A DNA stretch of 50,991 nt from contig JAZODV010000157.1 in NCBI GenBank assembly GCA_045597185.1, positions 1 through 50,991 of the forward strand, in the 5' to 3' direction. Source of the stretch: Eubacteriales bacterium. GTDB taxonomy: Bacteria > Bacillota > Clostridia > Oscillospirales > CAG-272. Each line of letters begins with the position of its first letter. The first letter of the stretch is position 1. A model generated the notes under the pieces. That model saw only the letters and a list, made by a program, of their open reading frames with translations. It was not told where the DNA came from and searched no databases. Both the position numbers and the translations under genes were made by a program. This document shows, piece after piece, positions 37,538 to 46,177 of this stretch.

Positions 37538-38603
37538 TATACAGAGAATAGAGCTTCTTCGTGAGCTGTGTCTCGAATTCGGACCGACAGGCTGTGAAGC
37601 TTCTGTTGCTAAAACGATAGAAAAAAAGCTTGATGTAATGGGATATTCTCATAAGACAGACAAGCTTGGAAATCTTATTGTGCATATACCGTGCAAAAAT
37701 GCGAAAAAGCTGATGATATCCGCACATATGGACGAGGTAGGATTTATTATAAACGATATTACAAGCGAAGGATATCTTAAATTTTCAGCACTTGGCGGAA
37801 TTGATCCTAGGGTTCTTTGCGGCAAGCACGTAACAGTGCAGGGAAAGGATGGCAGATATCTTCCCGGAGCTATTGCATCAAAGGCAATTCATCATCAGTC
37901 GGCAGACGAACGCAAGCAGGCAACTCCGATAAAGAACATGTATATAGATATTGGAGCAAAGGACAAGGCGGATGCCGAGTCTAAAACAGAGCTCGGCGCA
38001 TCGGGAACATTTGATTCTGAATTCGTCTTGTTTGGCGAAAACAATTCCTATGTAAAAGGAAAAGCTATAGACGACCGTCTCGGATGTGCGGAAATGCTTT
38101 ATGCGCTTGATGCAATAAAGGGTGAAAATATTCCGCTCGACCTTTGGTTCTGCTTTACTGTAAGAGAAGAGATCGGTCTTTCGGGCGCGCGTACAGCGGC
38201 ACAGGCAATAGAGCCTGATTATTCGGTAGTTCTTGAATCTACCGCTGTTGCCGATCTTCCCGATGTCCCCGAAAGTAGTAGGGTAGCGATACTCGGAAAC
38301 GGCGGGGCTGTTTCACTTCGTGACCGATCAACGATATACGACAGAGGACTTGTCAGGTTTATCATGGATCTTGCGGCAGAAAAGGGAATAAAGGCGCAGT
38401 ATAAGCGATACGTTTCGGGAGGAAACGATGCGGGTTCTATTCACAAGTCAGGATCTGGCGTAAAAGCACTCGCGATATCCGCACCGTCAAGATATATTCA
38501 TTCACCCGCATGCGTTGTTTCTTGCGATGATTATCTTTCGATAGGTGACCTGCTTGTTGCATTTATTAAAGAATTTGATATGGAGAAAACAGAAAATGCT
38601 TGA
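37521..38603 (+). CDS. M42 family metallopeptidase, paralog 2
   Basis: SAHMDEVG, GKAIDDRLG, TVREEIG and RYIHSP. The start is ATG at 37521 or GTG at 37530, both overlapping the end of paralog 1. Confidence 0.85.
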   Translation: MHTVTDIQRIELLRELCLEFGPTGCEASVAKTIEKKLDVMGYSHKTDKLGNLIVHIPCKNAKKLMISAHMDEVGFIINDITSEGYLKFSALGGIDPRVLCGKHVTVQGKDGRYLPGAIASKAIHHQSADERKQATPIKNMYIDIGAKDKADAESKTELGASGTFDSEFVLFGENNSYVKGKAIDDRLGCAEMLYALDAIKGENIPLDLWFCFTVREEIGLSGARTAAQAIEPDYSVVLESTAVADLPDVPESSRVAILGNGGAVSLRDRSTIYDRGLVRFIMDLAAEKGIKAQYKRYVSGGNDAGSIHKSGSGVKALAISAPSRYIHSPACVVSCDDYLSIGDLLVAFIKEFDMEKTENA

Positions 38604-39597
38604 ACTTATAAGAAAAGTATGCGCGGCACACGGAGTCGCAGGATTTGAAAAGAAAGCAGGAGAAGTGCTCTGCAACGAAATAAAGAATTATACCGACGAA
38701 CAGTATACAGATGCTCTCGGAAACCTTATCGCCGTAAAGCACGGTAATGGTAACGGCAAAAAAATAATGCTCTGTGCTCATATGGATGAGATCGGTTTTA
38801 TGGTAACCTTTATTGAAGAAAAGGGACAGATACGTGTGTCTCCCGTAGGCGGAGTCGGTCTCGCAGCCATATCCTTCGGTCTTGTTCTGTCTGAAAACGG
38901 CGTCAGAGGTGTTATAGTTCCTAACGGCAGAACAAAGCCCGCCGATTATGCTCCCGACAATTTCTATATTGACATTGGAGCAAAGAGCAAAAAGGATGCC
39001 GAGAAAAAGGTCAAGGTCGGCGATGTTTTCCGCTTTGACGCAGGTATCACACGCCTTATGAACGGAAGAATTTGCGGACATCCTCTTGACGATAGAATTG
39101 GTTGCGTGGTCCTGCTTAAAATTGCAGAAGCTCTTGCAAACGAAAAAATAAACGACGATATTTATTACGTGTTTTCGGTGCAGGAAGAGGTAGGATGCAG
39201 AGGGTCTAAAACCGCGTCGTTTGCTATTGCCCCCGACGTTGCTCTTGCCTTTGATGTAACCGGCACCGGAGACGTTCCCGGCGCTATTCCTATGGCTTGC
39301 TCGCTCGGCGACGGAGCTGCTATAAAAGTCAAGGACTCGTCTGTTATTTGTGACCCTTCGCTTGTCGATGCGATTATAGAAACCGCAAAATCTAACAATA
39401 TTAAGTATCAGCTTGAGGTCTTGACATATGGCGGAACCGACACAAGCTCAATGCAGATGTCGGGTGGAGGAAGCCGTGCCGCCGCTATTTCCATACCCAC
39501 AAGATATATCCATTCGGCCAACGAAATGCTTGATATGAAGGATGCCGAGGCGTGCGTTGAGCTAACCGTTGCATATATAAAAGGAATCAATAAGTGA
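38596..39597 (+). CDS. M42 family metallopeptidase, paralog 3
   Basis: CAHMDEIG, HPLDDRIG, SVQEEVG and RYIHSA. The ATG at 38596 overlaps the paralog 2 stop by 8 nt. The track ORF start at 38545 is rejected. Confidence 0.85.
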   Translation: MLELIRKVCAAHGVAGFEKKAGEVLCNEIKNYTDEQYTDALGNLIAVKHGNGNGKKIMLCAHMDEIGFMVTFIEEKGQIRVSPVGGVGLAAISFGLVLSENGVRGVIVPNGRTKPADYAPDNFYIDIGAKSKKDAEKKVKVGDVFRFDAGITRLMNGRICGHPLDDRIGCVVLLKIAEALANEKINDDIYYVFSVQEEVGCRGSKTASFAIAPDVALAFDVTGTGDVPGAIPMACSLGDGAAIKVKDSSVICDPSLVDAIIETAKSNNIKYQLEVLTYGGTDTSSMQMSGGGSRAAAISIPTRYIHSANEMLDMKDAEACVELTVAYIKGINK

Positions 39598-40841
39598 TGA
39601 ATTTTTCTCAAAAACTTATCGAGCTTTCAAAAGAAGCCGAGATAGCTCTTGAAGAGCGTTTTGCTGAGATAGACGAGATATCGTTTTATAACACGTCAAG
39701 AATAATAGAAGCTTTCCGTGATCATAGAGTTTCTGACGCTATGTTTGCCGGAACAAGCGGCTATGGCTACGATGACAAAGGCAGAGATACACTTGATCTT
39801 ATATGGGCAGACATATTCGGATGCGAGGCTGCCCTTGTAAGAACGCAGATAGTAAACGGAACGCAGGCTTTAACGGTCGGTCTATTCGGTCTGCTTCGTC
39901 CGGGTGATATTATGCTTTCTGTAGCGGGAAAACCGTACGACACACTTGACGAGGTCATCGGCAACGTAGGAGAGGCAGGCAACGGCTCTTTGCGTGATTT
40001 TGGTATAAGCTACCGACAGATAGACCTTAAGGACGGTCGTCTTGATCTTAACGCTATAAAAGAAGCATTAATGAAAGAAAAAATAAAGGTCGTCTTTGTT
40101 CAGCGTTCAAAAGGATACCTCGACAGAAGAACTCTTACGGCGAATGAGATCGGAGAGCTTGTAAAAGCTGTCAAATCGGTGTCACCCGACAGCTTTGTAT
40201 ATGTTGATAACTGCTACGGTGAATTTACAGAAAGACTTGAACCGACAGCGCTTGGTGCCGATCTCTGTGCAGGTTCACTCATTAAAAATGCCGGCGGAGG
40301 AATGGCAGAGACAGGAGGATATCTTGCGGGAACTAAAAAGGCTGTTGAACTGTGCTCGTACAGACTTACGTCCCCCGGAACAGGCGGTGAAGTTGGGTGT
40401 ACCCTCGGAATAAATAAGAGTCTTTATAAAGGCCTTTATTACGCCCCTCATTCAACCGCACAGGCACTAAAAACAGCTCATTTTGCCGCATATATATTTT
40501 CGGCACTCGGATATAAGACAGAACCTCATTGGAATGAGCCTCGCGCCGATATCATACAAGCAGTGTATACAGGAAGCGCTCAAGGTCTTTGTGCAATTTG
40601 TCAGGGAATACAGGCAGGCTCTCCTGTTGATGCCTATGTAACACCTGAGCCGTGGGAGATGCCGGGATATACCGACAAGGTAATAATGGCGGCAGGCTGC
40701 TTTACGCAGGGTTCCTCAATAGAGCTTTCTGCAGACGGACCTCTTCGTTCCCCCTATATTGCATATATTCAAGGCGGACTTACTTATGAATCGGGAAAGC
40801 TCGGAATTATGATGGCTGCACAAAAATTAATGGAGATTTGA
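39594..40841 (+). CDS. PLP-dependent methionine gamma-lyase-family protein (YnbB / 'aluminium resistance' family)
   Basis: The N-terminus ...FRDHRVSDAMFAGTSGYGYDDKGRD.LD... and ...GSLIKN.GGG... are characteristic of the family. 4-nt overlap with the upstream gene. Confidence 0.78.
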   Translation: MMNFSQKLIELSKEAEIALEERFAEIDEISFYNTSRIIEAFRDHRVSDAMFAGTSGYGYDDKGRDTLDLIWADIFGCEAALVRTQIVNGTQALTVGLFGLLRPGDIMLSVAGKPYDTLDEVIGNVGEAGNGSLRDFGISYRQIDLKDGRLDLNAIKEALMKEKIKVVFVQRSKGYLDRRTLTANEIGELVKAVKSVSPDSFVYVDNCYGEFTERLEPTALGADLCAGSLIKNAGGGMAETGGYLAGTKKAVELCSYRLTSPGTGGEVGCTLGINKSLYKGLYYAPHSTAQALKTAHFAAYIFSALGYKTEPHWNEPRADIIQAVYTGSAQGLCAICQGIQAGSPVDAYVTPEPWEMPGYTDKVIMAAGCFTQGSSIELSADGPLRSPYIAYIQGGLTYESGKLGIMMAAQKLMEI

Positions 40842-40880
40842 TTATAAACATTTAAATTAATTAGTTTAGAGGATAACCAA

Positions 40881-41492
40881 ATGAAAAAAATTATTATAGC
40901 GTTATTTTTGATCGTAATTTGTATGTTTACCGTGTCGTGCGGAGACGCTGACAAGGTCGACGTACCCGACGGAATGAAGCTCGCCTCAAGCGACAACGAC
41001 CGTTTTTATCTGTTTGTTCCTAATTCGTGGACCACAGATGTAGCACACGGTGGTCCGTACGCGTATTATTCTTCAAGTGACGCGTCAAATATTTCAGTTA
41101 ATTTTTATATGCCCGAGGCAGAAAGCACCGACACAACCGCTGCGGATACTGAGACAGATACTACTGTTGCGAACACGACGACGGCAACCAAAGCAAATCC
41201 TCGTGAAAAATATATCGATTCGTATTGGAATACTTTCGTTGAAAGTATGAATGCAACTGTTGCGGAATTCACAGTTATCGATACCGTTGAAACCACACTC
41301 GATAGCATATATTCAAAGCAGTACATATATTCATTCAAGATTGATCAGACCGTGTATAAATGCCGTATGGTTGTTACTTATCCAGCGCAGAATCTTATTT
41401 TTTGTCTGACCTACACATCAACTCCAGAAAATTTTGACAAGCATACCGCGGAGGTTGACAAGGTCATCTCCGAATTTAAATTTAATTTCTGA
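40881..41492 (+). CDS. hypothetical lipoprotein with a Thr/Asp-rich linker
   Basis: Signal peptide with FTVSCG lipobox-like cleavage site. Low-complexity TDTTAADTETDTTVANTTTAT segment. I recognise no family. Confidence 0.55.
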   Translation: MKKIIIALFLIVICMFTVSCGDADKVDVPDGMKLASSDNDRFYLFVPNSWTTDVAHGGPYAYYSSSDASNISVNFYMPEAESTDTTAADTETDTTVANTTTATKANPREKYIDSYWNTFVESMNATVAEFTVIDTVETTLDSIYSKQYIYSFKIDQTVYKCRMVVTYPAQNLIFCLTYTSTPENFDKHTAEVDKVISEFKFNF

Positions 41493-42646
41493 TGATATAT
41501 CTCGATAACAGTGCGACAACTCCACTCTCGGAAGGCGTAAAATCGGTAATAATTGAAGCTCTTGAGTGCTACGGAAATCCTTCATCACTTCATTTTGAGG
41601 GAGACAAAGCAAGACGAGCTCTGCTTTCTGCTCGTAATGAAATAATGAGAGGACTTGGCGCAAGAAACGGTAAACTTATTTTCACCTCTTGCGGTAGCGA
41701 GGCATCAAACCTTGCGATAAGAGGCTCGGTTGCCGCCAAAAAGCGCAGAACTGCAAACAGAATAATAACTACGGATTCGGAGCACCCTTCGATTGCAAAT
41801 ACTCTTAATTCACTTGAAGATGAAGGATTTGAGATCGTACGTATACCGACCCAAAACGGTGTCCTTGACCGTTATGCGCTTGTAGAGGCGCTTGAAAAAC
41901 CAATATTTATGGCAAGCATCATGCTTGTTAACAATGAAACAGGCGCAGTGTATAACGTATCAGAAGTATTTTCGGAAATAAAGCGCAAATATCCCGATGC
42001 TATATGCCATTGTGATGCGGTTCAAGGTTTCTTGAAGGTAAGATTCACTCCTGCAAGCTTAAATGCCGACATGATAACGATCAGCGGACATAAGGTTCAT
42101 GCTCCAAAAGGAATAGGTGCGCTGTGGATAAGTGACCGCATCATCAAAGAAAAGAGACTCGTTTCTGTTTTGCTCGGCGGAGGTCAGGAGGACGGATTCA
42201 GATCGGGAACAGAAAATGTCATAGGTATTATTGCGTTTGCAAAAGCGGTTTCTGATGGAGTAATATCTTTCACACAGGATGTGTGCAAAATGAGTGATCT
42301 TAGAAAATATGCCGTAAAAAAGTTCGAGGAAATCGGCATGGGCGTAAGAGTGAACGAGCCTGCTTTGGCGGCTCCCCACATAATAAGCCTAACAGTACCA
42401 AATATAAAAAGTCAGACGATGCTAAACTATCTGTCGGCGAAAGGAATCTGCGTTTCGTCGGGATCTGCATGCTCATCTCATTCGAATAAGCCAAGCGAGG
42501 TATTGCTTTCATTTGGACTTAAAGGAAATGAAGCAGACTCGACCGTTCGCATAAGTTTGTCAAGATACAACACAAAAGAAGAAATAGATTCTTTGACTGT
42601 CGCAATAAAAGATGGCATTTTAAATCTTGTTAAAGTAAAAAGATAA
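41492..42646 (+). CDS. cysteine desulfurase (NifS/IscS class)
   Basis: PLP-lysine motif ISGHKVHAPKGIGAL and active-site SGSACSS. The start overlaps the upstream stop (TGATG). Confidence 0.88.
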   Translation: MIYLDNSATTPLSEGVKSVIIEALECYGNPSSLHFEGDKARRALLSARNEIMRGLGARNGKLIFTSCGSEASNLAIRGSVAAKKRRTANRIITTDSEHPSIANTLNSLEDEGFEIVRIPTQNGVLDRYALVEALEKPIFMASIMLVNNETGAVYNVSEVFSEIKRKYPDAICHCDAVQGFLKVRFTPASLNADMITISGHKVHAPKGIGALWISDRIIKEKRLVSVLLGGGQEDGFRSGTENVIGIIAFAKAVSDGVISFTQDVCKMSDLRKYAVKKFEEIGMGVRVNEPALAAPHIISLTVPNIKSQTMLNYLSAKGICVSSGSACSSHSNKPSEVLLSFGLKGNEADSTVRISLSRYNTKEEIDSLTVAIKDGILNLVKVKR

Positions 42647-42664
42647 CATAAAAGGAGCAATACT

Positions 42665-43441
42665 ATGAAACTGCAATTTTTAGGTACCGGCGCAGCCGAT
42701 TGGAAGATTGAAGAGCATAAGGTTTTTCCGGATTTCAGAAGATGGTCAAGCGCGATAATTGACGGCGATCTGCTCATTGATCCGGGTCCTCATATTTTTG
42801 ATTTTTCCGAATCCTTCAGACTTCCGAATATTTATGACGGAGTAAAAAATATAGTAGTTACACATTCGCACATCGATCATTTCAATACTGAAACGGTTAA
42901 AAAGCTTTTTGATTTAAATCACGACATAAAAATATACGGAGATGTAGCGATCGGCATCAAGCTTAAAGAAGATCCCAAATGTCAGGACATTGATTTTATT
43001 GAGATCAAATTACTTGAAGAGACGCAGGTAGGAGATTATTGCATCGTGGCACTGCCCGGAAATCACACCGACGTTACGATCGAGACCGTACGTCACTATT
43101 CCATAGAAAAAAACGGCAAAAAGCTTTTTTACGGAGCGGACGGCGGATGGCTTACGTGTACTGAATGGAATTATATGAGAAACCGTCAGTACGATACTAT
43201 GATATTTGAGCTTACGATAGGTGACGTGCCGGGGGATTACAGAATTTTCACGCATACAAGCACCGCAATGTTAAAAATAATGCTTGAAACGGTAAGAAAG
43301 CAAAACGGAGTTGCCAGAGACGGAAAAATATATGTAACACACATGGCAAGAAAGCTGCACCCGGATCATAAAACGCTTCATGAAAGCTTAAGGCCTTTGG
43401 CGGTAACCCCTGCATTCGACGGAATGATAATAGAAATTTAA
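42665..43441 (+). CDS. MBL-fold metallo-hydrolase
   Basis: The HxHxDH motif (THSHIDH) and LGTGAA near the N-terminus. Confidence 0.7.
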   Translation: MKLQFLGTGAADWKIEEHKVFPDFRRWSSAIIDGDLLIDPGPHIFDFSESFRLPNIYDGVKNIVVTHSHIDHFNTETVKKLFDLNHDIKIYGDVAIGIKLKEDPKCQDIDFIEIKLLEETQVGDYCIVALPGNHTDVTIETVRHYSIEKNGKKLFYGADGGWLTCTEWNYMRNRQYDTMIFELTIGDVPGDYRIFTHTSTAMLKIMLETVRKQNGVARDGKIYVTHMARKLHPDHKTLHESLRPLAVTPAFDGMIIEI

Positions 43442-43442
43442 G

Positions 43443-43469
43443 AAAAGCGGCTCAATACGAGCCGCTTTT
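43443..43469 (+). terminator. intrinsic terminator
   Basis: gcggctc (43447-43453) pairs with gagccgc (43459-43465), followed by TTTT. Confidence 0.75.
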
Positions 43470-43512
43470 CCTATAAAAACAAAGAAAAAATCTATAAAAA
43501 TCAAAAATACTA

Positions 43513-43541
43513 TTGAAAAATATCTTTTTATGAGTTATAAT
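43513..43541 (+). promoter_or_regulatory. putative sigma-A promoter (TTGAAA-17-TATAAT) for ireB-ribF
   Basis: ttgaaa at 43513-43518 and tataat at 43536-43541. Confidence 0.5.
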
Positions 43542-43573
43542 GTTCATATACGTAACGTATAAGGAGGAGTACC

Positions 43574-43834
43574 ATGGCGGCTCTTAATAAAAACGGAAAT
43601 ACTCAAAAATTTGAAGCTATCCACGACACAAACGACGAAACAAAGCAGATCCTTCAGACTATTTACGCAGCACTTAGCGAGAAGGGCTATAATCCCGTTA
43701 ACCAGATAGTCGGATATCTTCTAACGGAAGATCCGACCTACATCACGAACCACAAAAACGCAAGAGCGCTTGCTCGCCGTCTTGATCGCGATGAATTGCT
43801 TAACGCAATGGTAAAGGATTATCTTAACGTCTGA
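43574..43834 (+). CDS. ireB: IreB-family regulatory phosphoprotein (UPF0297/YrzL)
   Basis: [28 protein letters not shown] is the family signature. 86 aa, SD AAGGAGGAG. Confidence 0.82.
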   Translation: MAALNKNGNTQKFEAIHDTNDETKQILQTIYAALSEKGYNPVNQIVGYLLTEDPTYITNHKNARALARRLDRDELLNAMVKDYLNV

Positions 43835-44766
43835 TGATAACCTATATAGATCTTCGCACCGGGGCAGAAATGTTCGGGTGCAGGTCGTCTGTCCTTTGCC
43901 TTGGAACGTTTGACGGTGTTCACCGAGGTCACGCCGAGCTTGTATGCGAGACACTGAGAATGCGTGACAGATTAAGGCTGAACGATCCACAAATACTCGG
44001 CGGCGCGTGGTGCTTTCGACAACCTCCCGCCGCTTTTCTGTTCGATAAGACCTGCAAGCAAATAACCGATATATGTGAAAAAGCAGAGATTTTTAAATCG
44101 CTTGGGCTTGATTTCGTTGCTATAGGGGACTTTGAGGATCTTCGAGATCTTAAAGCGGAGAATTTTATCTCGGATGTTCTTGTGAAGGAATGCGGATGCA
44201 ACGGTGTTGTGTGTGGCTTTAATTTTACTTTTGGAGAAGGCGGAATAGGAACACCCGATACTCTTGTCAAAGAATTCAAGGAAAATGCAAAGGTGTTGCC
44301 TCCTATTACTCATAACGGCATTGTTATAAGCTCGAGTGAAATACGAAAAATGATAGCAAACGGAGATACAGAATCAGCTTTTGAGCTTATGAAGCGCCCT
44401 TACAGTATTTCCACTACTGTTATTGAAGGTAAAAAGCTTGGACGGGAATTAGGATTTCCAACAATAAATCAGTTGGTGCCTGATGATAAGCTATTGCCGA
44501 AAAACGGTGTTTATGCGACTAAAACCCTGATAGACGGCAAAGAATATTTTTCGGTCACAAATGTTGGAAGCAATCCAACCGTTAAGGATGCTTTTGTGAG
44601 ATGTGAAACTCATATTATCGATTATGAGGGAGATCTTTACGGCAAGACGCCGAAGATATCGTTTTATAAATATTTGCGACCTGAACAAAAATTTGAAAGC
44701 ATTGATAAGTTGACGTCAGCAGTCAAGCAAAATATCGAAGAAACTCAAAAATACTTTAAAATGTAA
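43834..44766 (+). CDS. ribF: bifunctional riboflavin kinase / FMN adenylyltransferase
   Basis: GTFDGVHRGH motif and a C-terminal riboflavin kinase domain (GFPTIN...VGSNPT). Confidence 0.88.
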   Translation: MITYIDLRTGAEMFGCRSSVLCLGTFDGVHRGHAELVCETLRMRDRLRLNDPQILGGAWCFRQPPAAFLFDKTCKQITDICEKAEIFKSLGLDFVAIGDFEDLRDLKAENFISDVLVKECGCNGVVCGFNFTFGEGGIGTPDTLVKEFKENAKVLPPITHNGIVISSSEIRKMIANGDTESAFELMKRPYSISTTVIEGKKLGRELGFPTINQLVPDDKLLPKNGVYATKTLIDGKEYFSVTNVGSNPTVKDAFVRCETHIIDYEGDLYGKTPKISFYKYLRPEQKFESIDKLTSAVKQNIEETQKYFKM

Positions 44767-44786
44767 TACGAATAGCAGGAGGGAAT

Positions 44787-46106
44787 ATGAAGGTGAAAAT
44801 ATTTAGCTTTATACTCACACTCCTGCTTGTTTTTTTGACTGTCAGTATATCCGTGTCGGCGGAAAATGACACAACTATGCCGACTGACAGCGCTGCAAGA
44901 CAGTTTGCGTTATATAGTATAACCGACGGTATATTCGTCATGTCAAAAGGACTTGACACTCCTGTATATCCGGCGTCCACCGTAAAAATAATGTCAGGAC
45001 TTATTGTTTGTGAAGCCTTACAACACAGGGTCAACGAAATAGTTACCGTAAATTCCGATATGCTGTCGGGTGTATCGGGAAAAACAATGGGGCTTTCTGT
45101 TGGAGACCGTTTGAGTATAAAGTCCCTTATGTATGCTGCGTACAGTTGCGGTTGCAACGATGCCGCGATAGCATTGTCGGTTATTGCAGCAGGTAGTATA
45201 GAAAACATGGTTACTTTAATGAACGAAAAAGCGACAATGCTCAGCATGTATTCCACCGCATATACAAATGTTACCGGAATGGACGATAATGGTATGAAAA
45301 GTACGCTTAGAGATATTGTAAAACTGTCGGTTGAAGCGTCAAAAAATGCATTATTGGCAGAAACGGCATCGGTATATACCTATCTTGTTGAATTTGAAGA
45401 TGGTCGGACCCGACGTGTATATGGAGTAAACGAACTTGTAAATAAGACAAACTTTGAACTTTACTGTAAAAGCGTCAAAGCGCTGAACACAGGGGAGACC
45501 GACCTTGGCGGAGCGTGCGTGGCTGTTTTTGGAGAATATGACGATAAACGGTTTATAGCTGTCGCGCTTGGATGCAAAAGCGAAGATACCTTGCGCTTTG
45601 AGCTTATACGGGATGCACTTGATTGGGTATATAAATCAGCGTACGTTGTCGCTGCAAAAAGCGGAACACTTGTTGGAAGTATTAATATAACGATGAGTGA
45701 ATTTGAAAACACACGTGTTGGCGCTGTCCTTGCAGAGCCGCTTGAAATCTATTTAAAAGCAGGTGAATCGCTTGAAAACGTACGTTACAGCCTTATTATA
45801 CCCGAAGAGGGCATTTCAGCTCCTGCTGAAAAAGGCAATATTGTCGGCAGATATAATGCGTGGTACGGAAAAGAGCTTCGTGGAAGCGCAGACGTAACTG
45901 TTTCAGAGACTGTAGACAAGAGTGCATTTCTTGGCGGACTTGATGCCTTGCGCGGATATATAACGAGCAGGACATTTATCGTGACCGTTATCAGCGCCGC
46001 CGTGCTTTCTGCACTTGCTGTAGTTCTTCCTTTGCTAGCTCTTAATAAAAGGCAAAAAAGACGTAAATACGTCACACGCAGAGGAGGATTTGATTTCAAA
46101 AAATGA
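44787..46106 (+). CDS. D-alanyl-D-alanine carboxypeptidase family (PBP5/S11-like) protein with a C-terminal membrane anchor
   Basis: Signal peptide, SxxK motif (ASTVK), overall S11 layout, a C-terminal TM helix and a basic tail. Motifs 2 and 3 are non-canonical (see findings). Confidence 0.72.
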   Translation: MKVKIFSFILTLLLVFLTVSISVSAENDTTMPTDSAARQFALYSITDGIFVMSKGLDTPVYPASTVKIMSGLIVCEALQHRVNEIVTVNSDMLSGVSGKTMGLSVGDRLSIKSLMYAAYSCGCNDAAIALSVIAAGSIENMVTLMNEKATMLSMYSTAYTNVTGMDDNGMKSTLRDIVKLSVEASKNALLAETASVYTYLVEFEDGRTRRVYGVNELVNKTNFELYCKSVKALNTGETDLGGACVAVFGEYDDKRFIAVALGCKSEDTLRFELIRDALDWVYKSAYVVAAKSGTLVGSINITMSEFENTRVGAVLAEPLEIYLKAGESLENVRYSLIIPEEGISAPAEKGNIVGRYNAWYGKELRGSADVTVSETVDKSAFLGGLDALRGYITSRTFIVTVISAAVLSALAVVLPLLALNKRQKRRKYVTRRGGFDFKK

Positions 46107-46109
46107 ATA

Positions 46110-46162
46110 AAACAGGCTTTTTTACACAAAATAAGAAAAATGTGTGAAGAGCCTGTTTTTTT
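46110..46162 (+). terminator. intrinsic terminator (long interrupted hairpin)
   Basis: aacaggct pairs with agcctgtt, with an inner cacа/tgtg-type stem (tacaca and tgtgtg), followed by T7. Confidence 0.55.
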
Positions 46163-46177
46163 CGGGCGTGGAGGGTT

